NCBI GenBank assembly: GCA_033762115.1 | Contig: JANRLX010000065.1 | Coordinates: 1-19,587 of the forward strand | Direction of reading: 5' to 3' | Source: Verrucomicrobiota bacterium | GTDB taxonomy: Bacteria; Verrucomicrobiota; Verrucomicrobiia; Limisphaerales; SXQI01 | Length of the DNA: 19,587 bases | Shown: positions 9,294-17,419 of the stretch, piece by piece | How positions within the stretch are numbered: position 1 is the first letter of the stretch | Layout: each line of letters opens with the position of its first letter | Notes under the pieces: generated by a model | Told to the model about the DNA's origin: nothing | The model's input: the letters and a program-made list of their open reading frames with translations, nothing else | Databases searched by the model: none | Translations under genes and position numbers: made by a program

Positions 9294-10751
9294 ATGCGCA
9301 CATATCAAAATTACATCGGCGGTGAGTGGAAGAGTGGAACGTCAGGCAAAACGTTCCAAAATCATAACCCCGCCGATTCTCGTGAAATCGTCGCCGAATA
9401 CCCTTTGGCAGGACGTGACGATGCGCTGATGGCTATCGATGCCGCACGGGCTGCGTTCCCCGCCTGGAGCGGATTGACCCCAGTCGCTCGCGGTCGCTTT
9501 CTCAGCAAAATGTCCCAGATCATCGAGGGCCGAAAAGCCGAGCTTTCCGAACTCCTCACCCGTGAAGAGGGAAAGACACTCGCCGAAGCGCAGGGCGAGG
9601 TGCAACGCGCCGTTGATATCTTTCGCTTTTTTGGCGGGTTGAGCTACACCCTCGGCGGCCAAACCATTCCGCACGATCTTCCGGGGAACCTTCTTTATAC
9701 CGTCCGGCAACCGCTCGGCGTTGTCGGTTTGATCACTCCCTGGAATTTTCCCATTGCCATCCCTGCCTGGAAACTCGCTCCCGCTCTCGTCTCAGGGAAC
9801 ACAGTCATCATCAAGCCAGCCACCCAGGCTCCCGCCATGACACTCGAACTCGCACGCGCAGCCCATGAGGCGGGAATGCCGAAGGGCGTTTTCAATGCAG
9901 TCGTGGGGGAGGGCAGGGCAGTCGGCGGTGAGTTGTCTTCCACTCCAGCCGTGGTCGCTCTTTCCTTCACCGGCTCAACCGCAGTTGGGCAGCAGATTTA
10001 TCAACAGCTTGCCCCTCGCATGGCCCGCGCCCAAATGGAAATGGGCGGAAAAAACCCCACCATCGTCCTCGCTGATGGCGATCTCGATCTTGCTGCCAAC
10101 TTGATCACACGCGCCGGTTTCGGGCTGACCGGCCAGGCCTGCACCGCCACCAGCCGCGTGATTGTGGAAAAATCCGTCGCCGAGACATTGACTGAAAAGC
10201 TCGTTGCCAAAGCCCGCTCCATCAAGGTGGGGAACGGATTGCAACCCGGCATCGATATGGGTCCGGCTGTGAACAAACAGGAACTCGATGGCAACTTTGA
10301 ACATCTCGAAACCGCCTTAAAGGAAGGAGCAAAGCTCGTCGCGGGCGGCAATCGTCTCACCAGCGGCGACCTTGCCCACGGCTATTTCATGGAGCCAACG
10401 CTGCTCACAAACGTCACCCCCCAAATGCGAATCGCCCGCGAAGAGGTTTTTGGGCCCGTGATTGCGATCATCGCCGTCGAAAATTTTGAAGAGGCATTGT
10501 CCGTCGCCAATGGCGTGGATGTGGGGCTTTCCGCTTCGATTGTCACGCGCGACATTAAAAAGGCGATGCAGTACACTGAGCGGATTGAAGCTGGAGTGGT
10601 CAAGGTCAACCAGATTTCAACCGGCCTGGCTTTGCAGGCCCCCTTCGGCGGCGTCAAGAAATCCAGCTCCGATTCCTTCAAGGAACAGGGTGCCTCCGCG
10701 GTTGATTTTTACAGCAGGGTAAAAACGGTTTATCTCGATTACTCAGCCTAG
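9294..10751 (+). CDS. Aldehyde dehydrogenase family protein (alpha-ketoglutaric semialdehyde dehydrogenase-like)
   Basis: ITPWNFP, SFTGS, EMGGKNP (catalytic Glu), TGQACTA (catalytic Cys), EEVFGP and PFGGVK. Start at ATG 9294 (MRTYQNYIGG). Confidence 0.93.
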   Translation: MRTYQNYIGGEWKSGTSGKTFQNHNPADSREIVAEYPLAGRDDALMAIDAARAAFPAWSGLTPVARGRFLSKMSQIIEGRKAELSELLTREEGKTLAEAQGEVQRAVDIFRFFGGLSYTLGGQTIPHDLPGNLLYTVRQPLGVVGLITPWNFPIAIPAWKLAPALVSGNTVIIKPATQAPAMTLELARAAHEAGMPKGVFNAVVGEGRAVGGELSSTPAVVALSFTGSTAVGQQIYQQLAPRMARAQMEMGGKNPTIVLADGDLDLAANLITRAGFGLTGQACTATSRVIVEKSVAETLTEKLVAKARSIKVGNGLQPGIDMGPAVNKQELDGNFEHLETALKEGAKLVAGGNRLTSGDLAHGYFMEPTLLTNVTPQMRIAREEVFGPVIAIIAVENFEEALSVANGVDVGLSASIVTRDIKKAMQYTERIEAGVVKVNQISTGLALQAPFGGVKKSSSDSFKEQGASAVDFYSRVKTVYLDYSA

Positions 10752-10763
10752 TCCCAGCAAGGG

Positions 10764-11654
10764 TTAACCGATTCCCAGCGCGTCTCCCATTCGGGCATAC
10801 AGCTCGCGCTGGACAGCCGTGTTCTCCAATAGATCAGCGGCCAGCCGGACCCGTCCCGGTTCAAATAGCGTGATCGTCAATGATCCGCCGAATTTGAAAT
10901 AACCCTTCTCATCCCCTTTTCGCACCGCCTGCCCCGCCGCATAAGTATAAATAAAACGCCCCACACAAGTCGCTCCCACCTCGAACATTGCCACCGCACC
11001 AAATTCCGGCGAATCAATCTCGCACCAGGCCCGCCGATTCTCCGTCAGGATTCGAATATTCTGGCGCAACGCAATCGGGTTCACCGAAAAAAGCGGCCCC
11101 CCAATCAACCTCGTTTCTCCGGGCACACCGCCGACGGGAAAATGAAACCGATGGTAATCCACCGGGCATAGTCGGGAAATGACCATGCTGCCCTGCGCAT
11201 ATTTCTTCGCGAGTTGCTCGCTTTGAAAAAGGTCGTTCAGGTTGAAGAAAGCCCCTTTCACAAAAATGCCGGAAATTTTTGAAACATCCTGGAATCCGAG
11301 GTGCCTGCCATCCGCCGGAAAAACAGGGGCCCTGGGGTCGGCGGCGATCTCCCTCGCCCCCTGTTTCAGTTTCCGATAAAAAAACTCGTTAAACGTCTTG
11401 AATTGTTCGGGCGCTTCCGCGAATTCCCCCACATTAAGCCCATATTTCGAAATGAATGGCAGCACCCGTGCCTTGCTCCCGGGCGAATCCATCTGTTTTC
11501 CGTACCATTGCGAAAAGAGCGATTTTTTAACCAGCGCGTGAAGCGCCAGTTTTCCAAGCGGATTGCCATAGACCCATCGCAGGAAACGGTCCCCATACAC
11601 CTCCTCGGTTTCCACCTTCCCTGAGTAACGATTAAAATAATGGATCGGTTGCAA
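10764..11654 (-). CDS. psd: Phosphatidylserine decarboxylase proenzyme
   Basis: FNEFFYRKLK, PADGR, RLCPVDYHRFHFP, EVGATCVG and GYFKFGGS (pyruvoyl cleavage site). TTG start. Confidence 0.93.
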   Translation of the reverse strand: MQPIHYFNRYSGKVETEEVYGDRFLRWVYGNPLGKLALHALVKKSLFSQWYGKQMDSPGSKARVLPFISKYGLNVGEFAEAPEQFKTFNEFFYRKLKQGAREIAADPRAPVFPADGRHLGFQDVSKISGIFVKGAFFNLNDLFQSEQLAKKYAQGSMVISRLCPVDYHRFHFPVGGVPGETRLIGGPLFSVNPIALRQNIRILTENRRAWCEIDSPEFGAVAMFEVGATCVGRFIYTYAAGQAVRKGDEKGYFKFGGSLTITLFEPGRVRLAADLLENTAVQRELYARMGDALGIG

Positions 11655-11708
11655 TGGATTTATTTAATGATGACATGCTCCCACTATAAGCTGCATCACC
11701 GGAAAATG

Positions 11709-11737
11709 AAAAGGCCGGGCTTGCGGCCCGGCCTTTT
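11709..11737 (-). terminator. Intrinsic terminator downstream of ilvC
   Basis: AAAA-GGCCGGGC-5 nt loop-GCCCGGCC-TTTT, 15 nt past the ilvC stop. On the minus strand it is followed by TTTTCATTTT. Confidence 0.88.
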
Positions 11738-11752
11738 GGATTAAAATTCAGA

Positions 11753-12781
11753 TCAGGCGTAGGATGCCTGAACTCCTTTGATTGAACGCTTTTGCATCCA
11801 CGGCATCAGGGAACGAAGACGCGCCCCGACTTTTTCGATCGAGTGCTTTTCTCCCGCCTTGAGCAGTGCATTGTACTTCTTGTAACCACTTTCATACTCC
11901 GCCACCCATCCCTTGGCGAACTTGCCGCTCTGGATATCCTTCAAAGCCGCTTTCATCCGCTTCTTCACCCCTGCATCGACAATCTTAGGCCCCACGCTGA
12001 CATCTCCCCACTTCGCCGTTTCGGAAATCGAGAATCGCATCCCGCTCACACCCGCTTCGTTCATCAGGTCGACAATCAACTTCAGCTCATGCAGGCATTC
12101 GAAATAAGCCATCTCCGGCTGGTAACCTGCTTCAACAAGGGTTTCGTAACCGGCCAGGACCAGCGCGCTTAAACCCCCGCAAAGAACCGTTTGTTCCCCG
12201 AACAAATCAGTTTCTGTTTCCTCCTTGAATGTCGTTTCGATCACCCCGGCGCGTGTGCCTCCCACACCCTTCGCCCAGGCCAGCGCATGCTTTTTCGCCT
12301 GTTTGCTTGGATTTTGATACACCGCGATCAACGCCGGCACCCCTTTGCCTTCCGTGAACTGGCGGCGGACGATATGCCCCGGGCCTTTTGGCGCCACCAG
12401 GATCACATCCACTTCTTTTGGTGGAACGATGGTTTTGAAATGGATTGAGAACCCGTGGGAGAACAGGAGTGTTTTCCCTTTGGTCAGGTTCGGCTCAATA
12501 TCTTTTTTGTATGCGGCAGGCTGCTTTGTGTCCGGCAACGCAACGAAGATGATATCAGCGCGGCGCACCGCTTCGGCAGTCGGATAAACCTGGAATCCCT
12601 TTTCCTTTGCGACAGGAATGGATTTGCTCCCCTCGTACAGGCCGATGATCACATTGCATCCGCTCTCCTTCAAATTGAGCGCGTGCGCATGGCCCTGGGA
12701 ACCGAAACCGAGGACTGCAAGGGTTTTTCCTTTAAACACGGACAAATCCGCGTCCTTATCTGTATAGACTTTAGCTGGCAT
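11753..12781 (-). CDS. ilvC: Ketol-acid reductoisomerase (class I)
   Basis: [65 protein letters not shown] and [10 protein letters not shown]. Confidence 0.98.
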   Translation of the reverse strand: MPAKVYTDKDADLSVFKGKTLAVLGFGSQGHAHALNLKESGCNVIIGLYEGSKSIPVAKEKGFQVYPTAEAVRRADIIFVALPDTKQPAAYKKDIEPNLTKGKTLLFSHGFSIHFKTIVPPKEVDVILVAPKGPGHIVRRQFTEGKGVPALIAVYQNPSKQAKKHALAWAKGVGGTRAGVIETTFKEETETDLFGEQTVLCGGLSALVLAGYETLVEAGYQPEMAYFECLHELKLIVDLMNEAGVSGMRFSISETAKWGDVSVGPKIVDAGVKKRMKAALKDIQSGKFAKGWVAEYESGYKKYNALLKAGEKHSIEKVGARLRSLMPWMQKRSIKGVQASYA

Positions 12782-12809
12782 GTTTATATTTGGGTAAAAA
12801 AGACCGATT

Positions 12810-13283
12810 TTATTTGCGTGGCAGGGCGATCTTGCCCGAACGGGTCAGTTCAAGGATGCCGAATCCTTTCATCAATTCCAAAAACTTCTCCACCTTGCTC
12901 TCGTTCCCGGTGATTTCAATCGTCAGGCTCTTCGGTTGCACATCCACAATTTTCGCGCGGAAAATGTCCGTGATCTGCATGATTTCGGCGCGGCTCCTCG
13001 AATCGACCCCCACCTTCACCAGGACCAGTTCACGGTCGATATATTCCCCCTCCCGAAAATCGATCACCTTCAACACATCCACCAGCTTGTTCAGTTGCTT
13101 GACGATTTGTTCCACAGTGGCGTCATCGCCACGAGTGACAATTGTCATCCGTGAAGTGTTGGCATCATGGGTCGGGCCCACAGTGAGCGTATCAATGTTA
13201 TCGCCGCGGCCACTGAACAGACCAGCGATGCGCGTGAGCACACCGAACTTGTTCTCCACTAAAACCGAGATTGTATGTCGCAT
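12810..13283 (-). CDS. ilvN: Acetolactate synthase small (regulatory) subunit
   Basis: [32 protein letters not shown] domain, [20 protein letters not shown] and [10 protein letters not shown]. 157 aa from ATG 13283; the ORF-track extension to 13502 is spurious. Confidence 0.96.
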   Translation of the reverse strand: MRHTISVLVENKFGVLTRIAGLFSGRGDNIDTLTVGPTHDANTSRMTIVTRGDDATVEQIVKQLNKLVDVLKVIDFREGEYIDRELVLVKVGVDSRSRAEIMQITDIFRAKIVDVQPKSLTIEITGNESKVEKFLELMKGFGILELTRSGKIALPRK

Positions 13284-13343
13284 ATGATGAGTGTTTGGTT
13301 TTCCCGCCTTTGCGGACGTTGGAAACCAAAGCCCGCAAAAATC

Positions 13344-13372
13344 AAAAACCCGCGTTCCGGGGGAACGGCGGG
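13344..13372 (-). terminator. Attenuator (leader) terminator upstream of ilvN
   Basis: Minus strand CCCG-C-CGTTCC-ccc-GGAACG-CGGG-TTTTTGATTTTT: a 10-bp GC-rich stem with one bulge plus a U-tract, between the leader ORF and ilvN. Confidence 0.82.
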
Positions 13373-13411
13373 CGACCTGCGAGCAATTGACCAAAGCCAC
13401 GCCAGGTCGCG

Positions 13412-13465
13412 TCAGTCTACTACGACTACGCGGACACTGCGGCGGACCGTGACCAATTCGTTCAT
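13412..13465 (-). CDS. ilv leader (attenuator) peptide, 17 aa MNELVTVRRSVRVVVVD
   Basis: ATG AAC GAA TTG GTC ACG GTC CGC CGC AGT GTC CGC GTA GTC GTA GTA GAC TGA. It has 7 Val codons, 4 of them consecutive, and lies directly upstream of a hairpin, a terminator and ilvN-ilvC. Confidence 0.85.
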   Translation of the reverse strand: MNELVTVRRSVRVVVVD

Positions 13466-13474
13466 TGTGCGTGT

Positions 13475-13502
13475 AAACTACCAATCGCGAAAATCGGGTC
13501 AA
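13475..13502 (-). promoter_or_regulatory. Candidate sigma70 promoter of the leader-ilvN-ilvC transcript
   Basis: TTGACC (13502-13497), 16-nt spacer ending in TGG, TAGTTT (13480-13475); 9 nt before the leader ATG. Confidence 0.55.
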
Positions 13503-13605
13503 TCACGAATTTATCCGCAATTCCGACACGCGCCATCAACCAGGAAAAAAATGAAAAACCAAAGCGCCGTCGGGCCCTGCTGGGGCCCGCCCTGTCAAAA
13601 GAAAA

Positions 13606-13920
13606 TTAATTCCCGCTCCCTTTAAATTTTGCCTCCCAAAAAGCCAGCTTGTGGTCCACGTAAAGCGGGCCGAACGGGAGGAGCGCAGCGACAAAAACCA
13701 TCGCTGCCCGCGAGAACGGCCATTTCGCCACGATCCAGGTCTGAAGCAGTGAAAAGCAGAGCAGAACGAAAAGTCCTCCATGCAGCGCGCCAACGATTTT
13801 AACGGCCCCTGGCATTCCCCAGATATATTTGAGCGGCATTGCCACCCCAAGCAGCAGCAGGTAGGAAACGCCCTCGAAAAACGAAATTTTCCGAAGCAAC
13901 GTAATTGGGTTCTTCATCAA
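13606..13920 (-). CDS. DUF3817 family small membrane protein
   Basis: EGVSYLLLLGVAMPLKY, GALHGGLFVL and AALLPFG motifs; 3 TM; ATGA overlap with the galM stop. Confidence 0.88.
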   Translation of the reverse strand: MMKNPITLLRKISFFEGVSYLLLLGVAMPLKYIWGMPGAVKIVGALHGGLFVLLCFSLLQTWIVAKWPFSRAAMVFVAALLPFGPLYVDHKLAFWEAKFKGSGN

Positions 13921-14999
13921 GGCACCGTTGCAAAAGTAAATTGAGTGCTGCTTTTAAACGGTTTTCCAGGCCGCACCACAGGGGATGGAAACGCAGTTTG
14001 ATTGGCCGAATCAGGATAATGCTGCGTTTCAAGGCAGACCGCGCGATGATTCACATGGTTGCCTGTATAAATCTGGATTCCCGGTTCAGTCGTTTGCACT
14101 TCCATTACCCGGCCACTCTTCGGATCAACCAGCTTTCCTGCAGCTTTCATTTTCCCATCCTCACCCAGGACAAAATTATGGTCGTAGCCATTGATCTTCG
14201 GCAGGAATGCCTTGATCCCATCACCGAGCCTTTTGCCTTTGGTAAAATCCAGCGCTGTTCCCTTGACCGGCGCGATTTCACCGGTGGGAATCAATCCATC
14301 ATCAGCAGGGGTATAACTTTCCGCGGTGAGGAACAATTGATGATCGAGAATGTCCCCCTCGCCAGCGAGGTTGAAGTAGGCGTGGTTGGTCAGGTTCACC
14401 ACGGTGGCCTTGTCCGTGGACGCTTCATAATCCAGCCGCAGCTCATTCTTTTCCGTCAGCGTGTAAGTCACGGAAACTTCGAGATTTCCGGGATATCCTT
14501 CCTCTCCATCCTTGCTGAAATAAGTGAAGCGAACCGCTGAGCCATCCTTTGAGTCGATTACTTTTCCTTTCCAAAGCACCTGGGCAAATCCCTTGCGACC
14601 TCCGTGAAGATGGTTCGGCCCGTTGTTCTTTGCCAGGTGATATTCCACCCCATCCAGCTTGAACACCCCTTTTGCGATTCGGTTGGCAAACCTGCCAATC
14701 ACCGCTGCCGAGGCCGGGTAACCGTTCAGGTACGTCTGAAAATCATTCGTGCCCAGCAGCACGTTGACAAATTTCCCGTTTCGGTCGGCTGCCTGGATTT
14801 CGGTGATGATCGCGCCAAGTTCCATGATGCTGACAACCATCCCGCGGGAATTTCGCAGCGTGAACAGCTGAACGGCGCCGCCGTCCGGTTGTTTTCCAAA
14901 TTCCTTCACCGTAACATTTTTCATTCCTTCCGCACTCATCACAACTCCATTAAGCATCAGGGCCCAGGCTGAACAAAAAATTAAAATCGTTCTCCTCAT
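13917..14999 (-). CDS. galM: Aldose 1-epimerase (galactose mutarotase) with N-terminal signal peptide
   Basis: IGRFANRIAKG, NHLHGG, DGEEGYPG, NLTNHAYFNL, GYDHNF and CLETQHYPDS. Confidence 0.93.
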   Translation of the reverse strand: MRRTILIFCSAWALMLNGVVMSAEGMKNVTVKEFGKQPDGGAVQLFTLRNSRGMVVSIMELGAIITEIQAADRNGKFVNVLLGTNDFQTYLNGYPASAAVIGRFANRIAKGVFKLDGVEYHLAKNNGPNHLHGGRKGFAQVLWKGKVIDSKDGSAVRFTYFSKDGEEGYPGNLEVSVTYTLTEKNELRLDYEASTDKATVVNLTNHAYFNLAGEGDILDHQLFLTAESYTPADDGLIPTGEIAPVKGTALDFTKGKRLGDGIKAFLPKINGYDHNFVLGEDGKMKAAGKLVDPKSGRVMEVQTTEPGIQIYTGNHVNHRAVCLETQHYPDSANQTAFPSPVVRPGKPFKSSTQFTFATVP

Positions 15000-15057
15000 C
15001 CACCGTTTGTATCAGGTGAAAAGTTTCCCCGAAAGCAAATTGAAAGGAAGCAGGCTG

Positions 15058-15774
15058 CTACCAGCCGGTCTTTTTTGCCGGAGCTTCCTTTTCGGGCGTC
15101 AAATGGTCACGAATGATTTCCCGCCAGATTGCGTAACCGTTTTCGTTCATGTGCAGGCGGTCCTCGACAAAAATCTCCGGTTTTGGTTCCCCCTGTTCGT
15201 TCATCATGGCTGAATGAGTGTCGATGAAACCGACATTTCTTTCCCACCGCGCAAATTCCCGGACTACTCGGTTGGCTTTTCTCACTTCATTAATTTCTCC
15301 CCAGCGGGAGGGATTGCCGGCAATGGAAATAAAATCGACCCGCGTTCCCGGCAAAAAACGTTTTGTCTTCTCGACGAACAGCTTGAAATCCGCGAGCACC
15401 TGCTCCCCCTTTTTTCCCGCATGAATATCATTGGCGCCGGCATAGATCAGGATCTGCCGCGGTTTGCAGGGGAGAACAATCCGATCAAAATAGTAAACTG
15501 AATCAATCATCTGTGACCCGCCAAATCCGCGATTGATCACCCGATGATTCGGGAAATCCGATTCCAACGTTTTCCAAAGCCGGATGCTTGAACTTCCGAT
15601 AAATAAAATGCCGCCAGTGGGGGGAGGGGTGGTCCGGCCAATTGCCTCAAATGCCGCAATTTCCTTTTCCCAATCAACCCGCGTGGGAACGAGCAACGAA
15701 CTGCGCGGAGCCATGCAACCTGCAACAAAAATTGCGAAGAGGGCAACTGCCCTGCAAAGGATCGCCTGGGTCAA
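15058..15774 (-). CDS. SGNH/GDSL hydrolase family lipoprotein
   Basis: LFIGSSSIRLW, NRGFGGS, YAGAND and DRLH blocks; lipobox VAGC. Confidence 0.9.
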   Translation of the reverse strand: MTQAILCRAVALFAIFVAGCMAPRSSLLVPTRVDWEKEIAAFEAIGRTTPPPTGGILFIGSSSIRLWKTLESDFPNHRVINRGFGGSQMIDSVYYFDRIVLPCKPRQILIYAGANDIHAGKKGEQVLADFKLFVEKTKRFLPGTRVDFISIAGNPSRWGEINEVRKANRVVREFARWERNVGFIDTHSAMMNEQGEPKPEIFVEDRLHMNENGYAIWREIIRDHLTPEKEAPAKKTGW

Positions 15775-15783
15775 ACGAAGCCT

Positions 15784-17151
15784 TTAACTCTCGCGGCGGG
15801 CCGCATCAATTTTGCCCAGGAGATCGTCCCGTTGGGAGGAATCACCGCTGGAGCAGGGAGTTGCGCCATTGGCGATTGCCCGGGGTGAATTGATCGCTGC
15901 CTTGGCTTCCGCGAGGTGCCCTTTGCCAATGGAAAATCCGTTAAAGGCATTGACCTTCCGCCCCTCAACGAACGGTTTCGGTTTTGCGCCGAAATTGTAG
16001 GCGATATTTTTCCAGGTGTCGCCCGGCCTGGCGTTCGTGCCCAGGGCACCGCTGGGATCGTAGCCGCAATGGACCATGCAGTTTTCGCAACGTGAGTCGC
16101 GCGCCACTCCATCGACCACCCCGTATTTGCTCCAATCGACCTTTTCCAGCATCTCCTGGTAATGAGGATAATGGCCGTCAGTCATCAGGTAACAGGGGGC
16201 TTTCCAGCCACGAACGTTGCGGGTGGGGATGGCCCAGGCGGTGCAGGTCAATTCCCGTTTTCCAGCGAGAAATTCCTGGTAAACAGGGGTGCCAAAAATT
16301 GTAAAGCGCTTGCCCCATTCCTGGATTCGGGCGAATTTCGCACGGGTCATCTGCCGTGTGAGAAAGAAATCCTCCGGTTTTCGGCCGAGTCGTTTGACCA
16401 TGTCCTTCTTGGCGGCGTCATAATCGTAACCGGGGGAAATGGTATGGCCATCCACTTCCATGGAGGAGAAAAACTCGAACATTCGTTCCAGTTCCTGCAC
16501 ATCCGTTTCCTTGTAAACAGTTGTGTTGGTGGCGACTTGATAGCCAAGCGCTTTTGCCATCCGGATAGCCTCGACGCATTCCTTGAAAACACCTTCCCGC
16601 TCCACAATTAAATCATGGGTGTATTCGAGGCCGTCAATATGCACATTCCAGTACATCCACTTGCTGGGGCGGATCACCGGGCGTCCATCATTTTTCCCTT
16701 TGCGGATGGTTTCGACGTCTTTCTCTGAAATCAACTTTTCCGCGAGCAGTTCCTGAAGCTTCGGATCGAGCGAGGGGGCATAGGTGGCGGCGAGGTAATC
16801 CTTCATTTTTTTCCGCATGAACATTCCGTTCGTGCAGATGTAAACGATGCGGCCCTGGTCAAGGAGGCCAGCGACCAGTTCCTCGATTTTTGGGTAGATC
16901 AGCGGTTCTCCTCCGCAAATCGAAACCATCGGCGCATCACATTCCTGAGCTGAGTCGAGGCAATCCTCCAGGCTCATCATGTCCTTGAGACTGGTGGAAT
17001 ATTCCCGGATACGGCCGCAACCGGTACAGGTCAGGTTGCAGGTATGCAGCGGTTCAAGTTGAAGGACGAGGGCAAATTTCGGGGTGCGAGCGACCTTATG
17101 CTTGATAATGTGACGCGCAATTTTTGCGGTCAACGCCAGGGGAAATCGCAT
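15784..17151 (-). CDS. hpnH: Adenosylhopane synthase radical SAM protein (HpnH; DUF3463 C-terminus)
   Basis: LVLQLEPLHTCNLTCTGCGRI (CxxxCxxC), MVSICGGEPL, YICTNG, CTAWAIPT..GW.APCYL and RCENCMVHCGY. Confidence 0.92.
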   Translation of the reverse strand: MRFPLALTAKIARHIIKHKVARTPKFALVLQLEPLHTCNLTCTGCGRIREYSTSLKDMMSLEDCLDSAQECDAPMVSICGGEPLIYPKIEELVAGLLDQGRIVYICTNGMFMRKKMKDYLAATYAPSLDPKLQELLAEKLISEKDVETIRKGKNDGRPVIRPSKWMYWNVHIDGLEYTHDLIVEREGVFKECVEAIRMAKALGYQVATNTTVYKETDVQELERMFEFFSSMEVDGHTISPGYDYDAAKKDMVKRLGRKPEDFFLTRQMTRAKFARIQEWGKRFTIFGTPVYQEFLAGKRELTCTAWAIPTRNVRGWKAPCYLMTDGHYPHYQEMLEKVDWSKYGVVDGVARDSRCENCMVHCGYDPSGALGTNARPGDTWKNIAYNFGAKPKPFVEGRKVNAFNGFSIGKGHLAEAKAAINSPRAIANGATPCSSGDSSQRDDLLGKIDAARRES

Positions 17152-17154
17152 AAA

Positions 17155-17367
17155 TTATGGTTGAGACTCGGCGAGCAGTGAAAGAGAATGAGTAGTATGG
17201 GAACTGGACACCATCACATCTGTCGTGGGGTGGGGTGGGGTGGCGGGCGCGGAATGGCCCAACCCCGGGAGGAGAAAAGTCGCCGGAGAGACCCCGTGCG
17301 TGGCGTTGATTCCGCTGCAGCCAATCGACAGCAAAATCAGGAACGAGCCAGCCGCAAGGCGCACCAT
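17155..17367 (-). CDS. Small putative lipoprotein (70 aa)
   Basis: MVRLAAGSFLILLSIG-CSGINATHGVSPATFLLPGLG with a lipobox-like SIGC. Its stop lies 3 nt before the hpnH ATG. It is the C-terminal part of ORF-track entry 17155..17769. Confidence 0.7.
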   Translation of the reverse strand: MVRLAAGSFLILLSIGCSGINATHGVSPATFLLPGLGHSAPATPPHPTTDVMVSSSHTTHSLSLLAESQP

Positions 17368-17391
17368 GTTCCAATTCAATTTCACTTTAGC

Positions 17392-17419
17392 AGTATAAAG
17401 TGGCCGGTGATGGTGGCAA
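17392..17419 (-). promoter_or_regulatory. Candidate sigma70 promoter for the lipoprotein-hpnH run
   Basis: TTGCCA (17419-17414), 16-nt spacer, TATACT (17397-17392); 24 nt upstream of ATG 17367. Confidence 0.5.

Noticed and set aside
9072..9308. N-terminal extensions of ALDH (from 9072) and CrcB (from 9308) giving a head-to-head overlap
   Set aside because: Family-typical starts are ATG 9294 and ATG 9248; the extensions are antisense read-through.
12810..13502. 230-aa N-terminally extended IlvN from the ORF track
   Set aside because: The extension starts at the TTG of the -35 box and runs through the leader and terminator; IlvN homology begins at ATG 13283.
13571..13589. CGGGCCC-N5-GGGCCCG hairpin after DUF3817 as a terminator
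   Set aside because: The T-rich tract is separated from the stem by about 7 nt; plausible but too weak to call.
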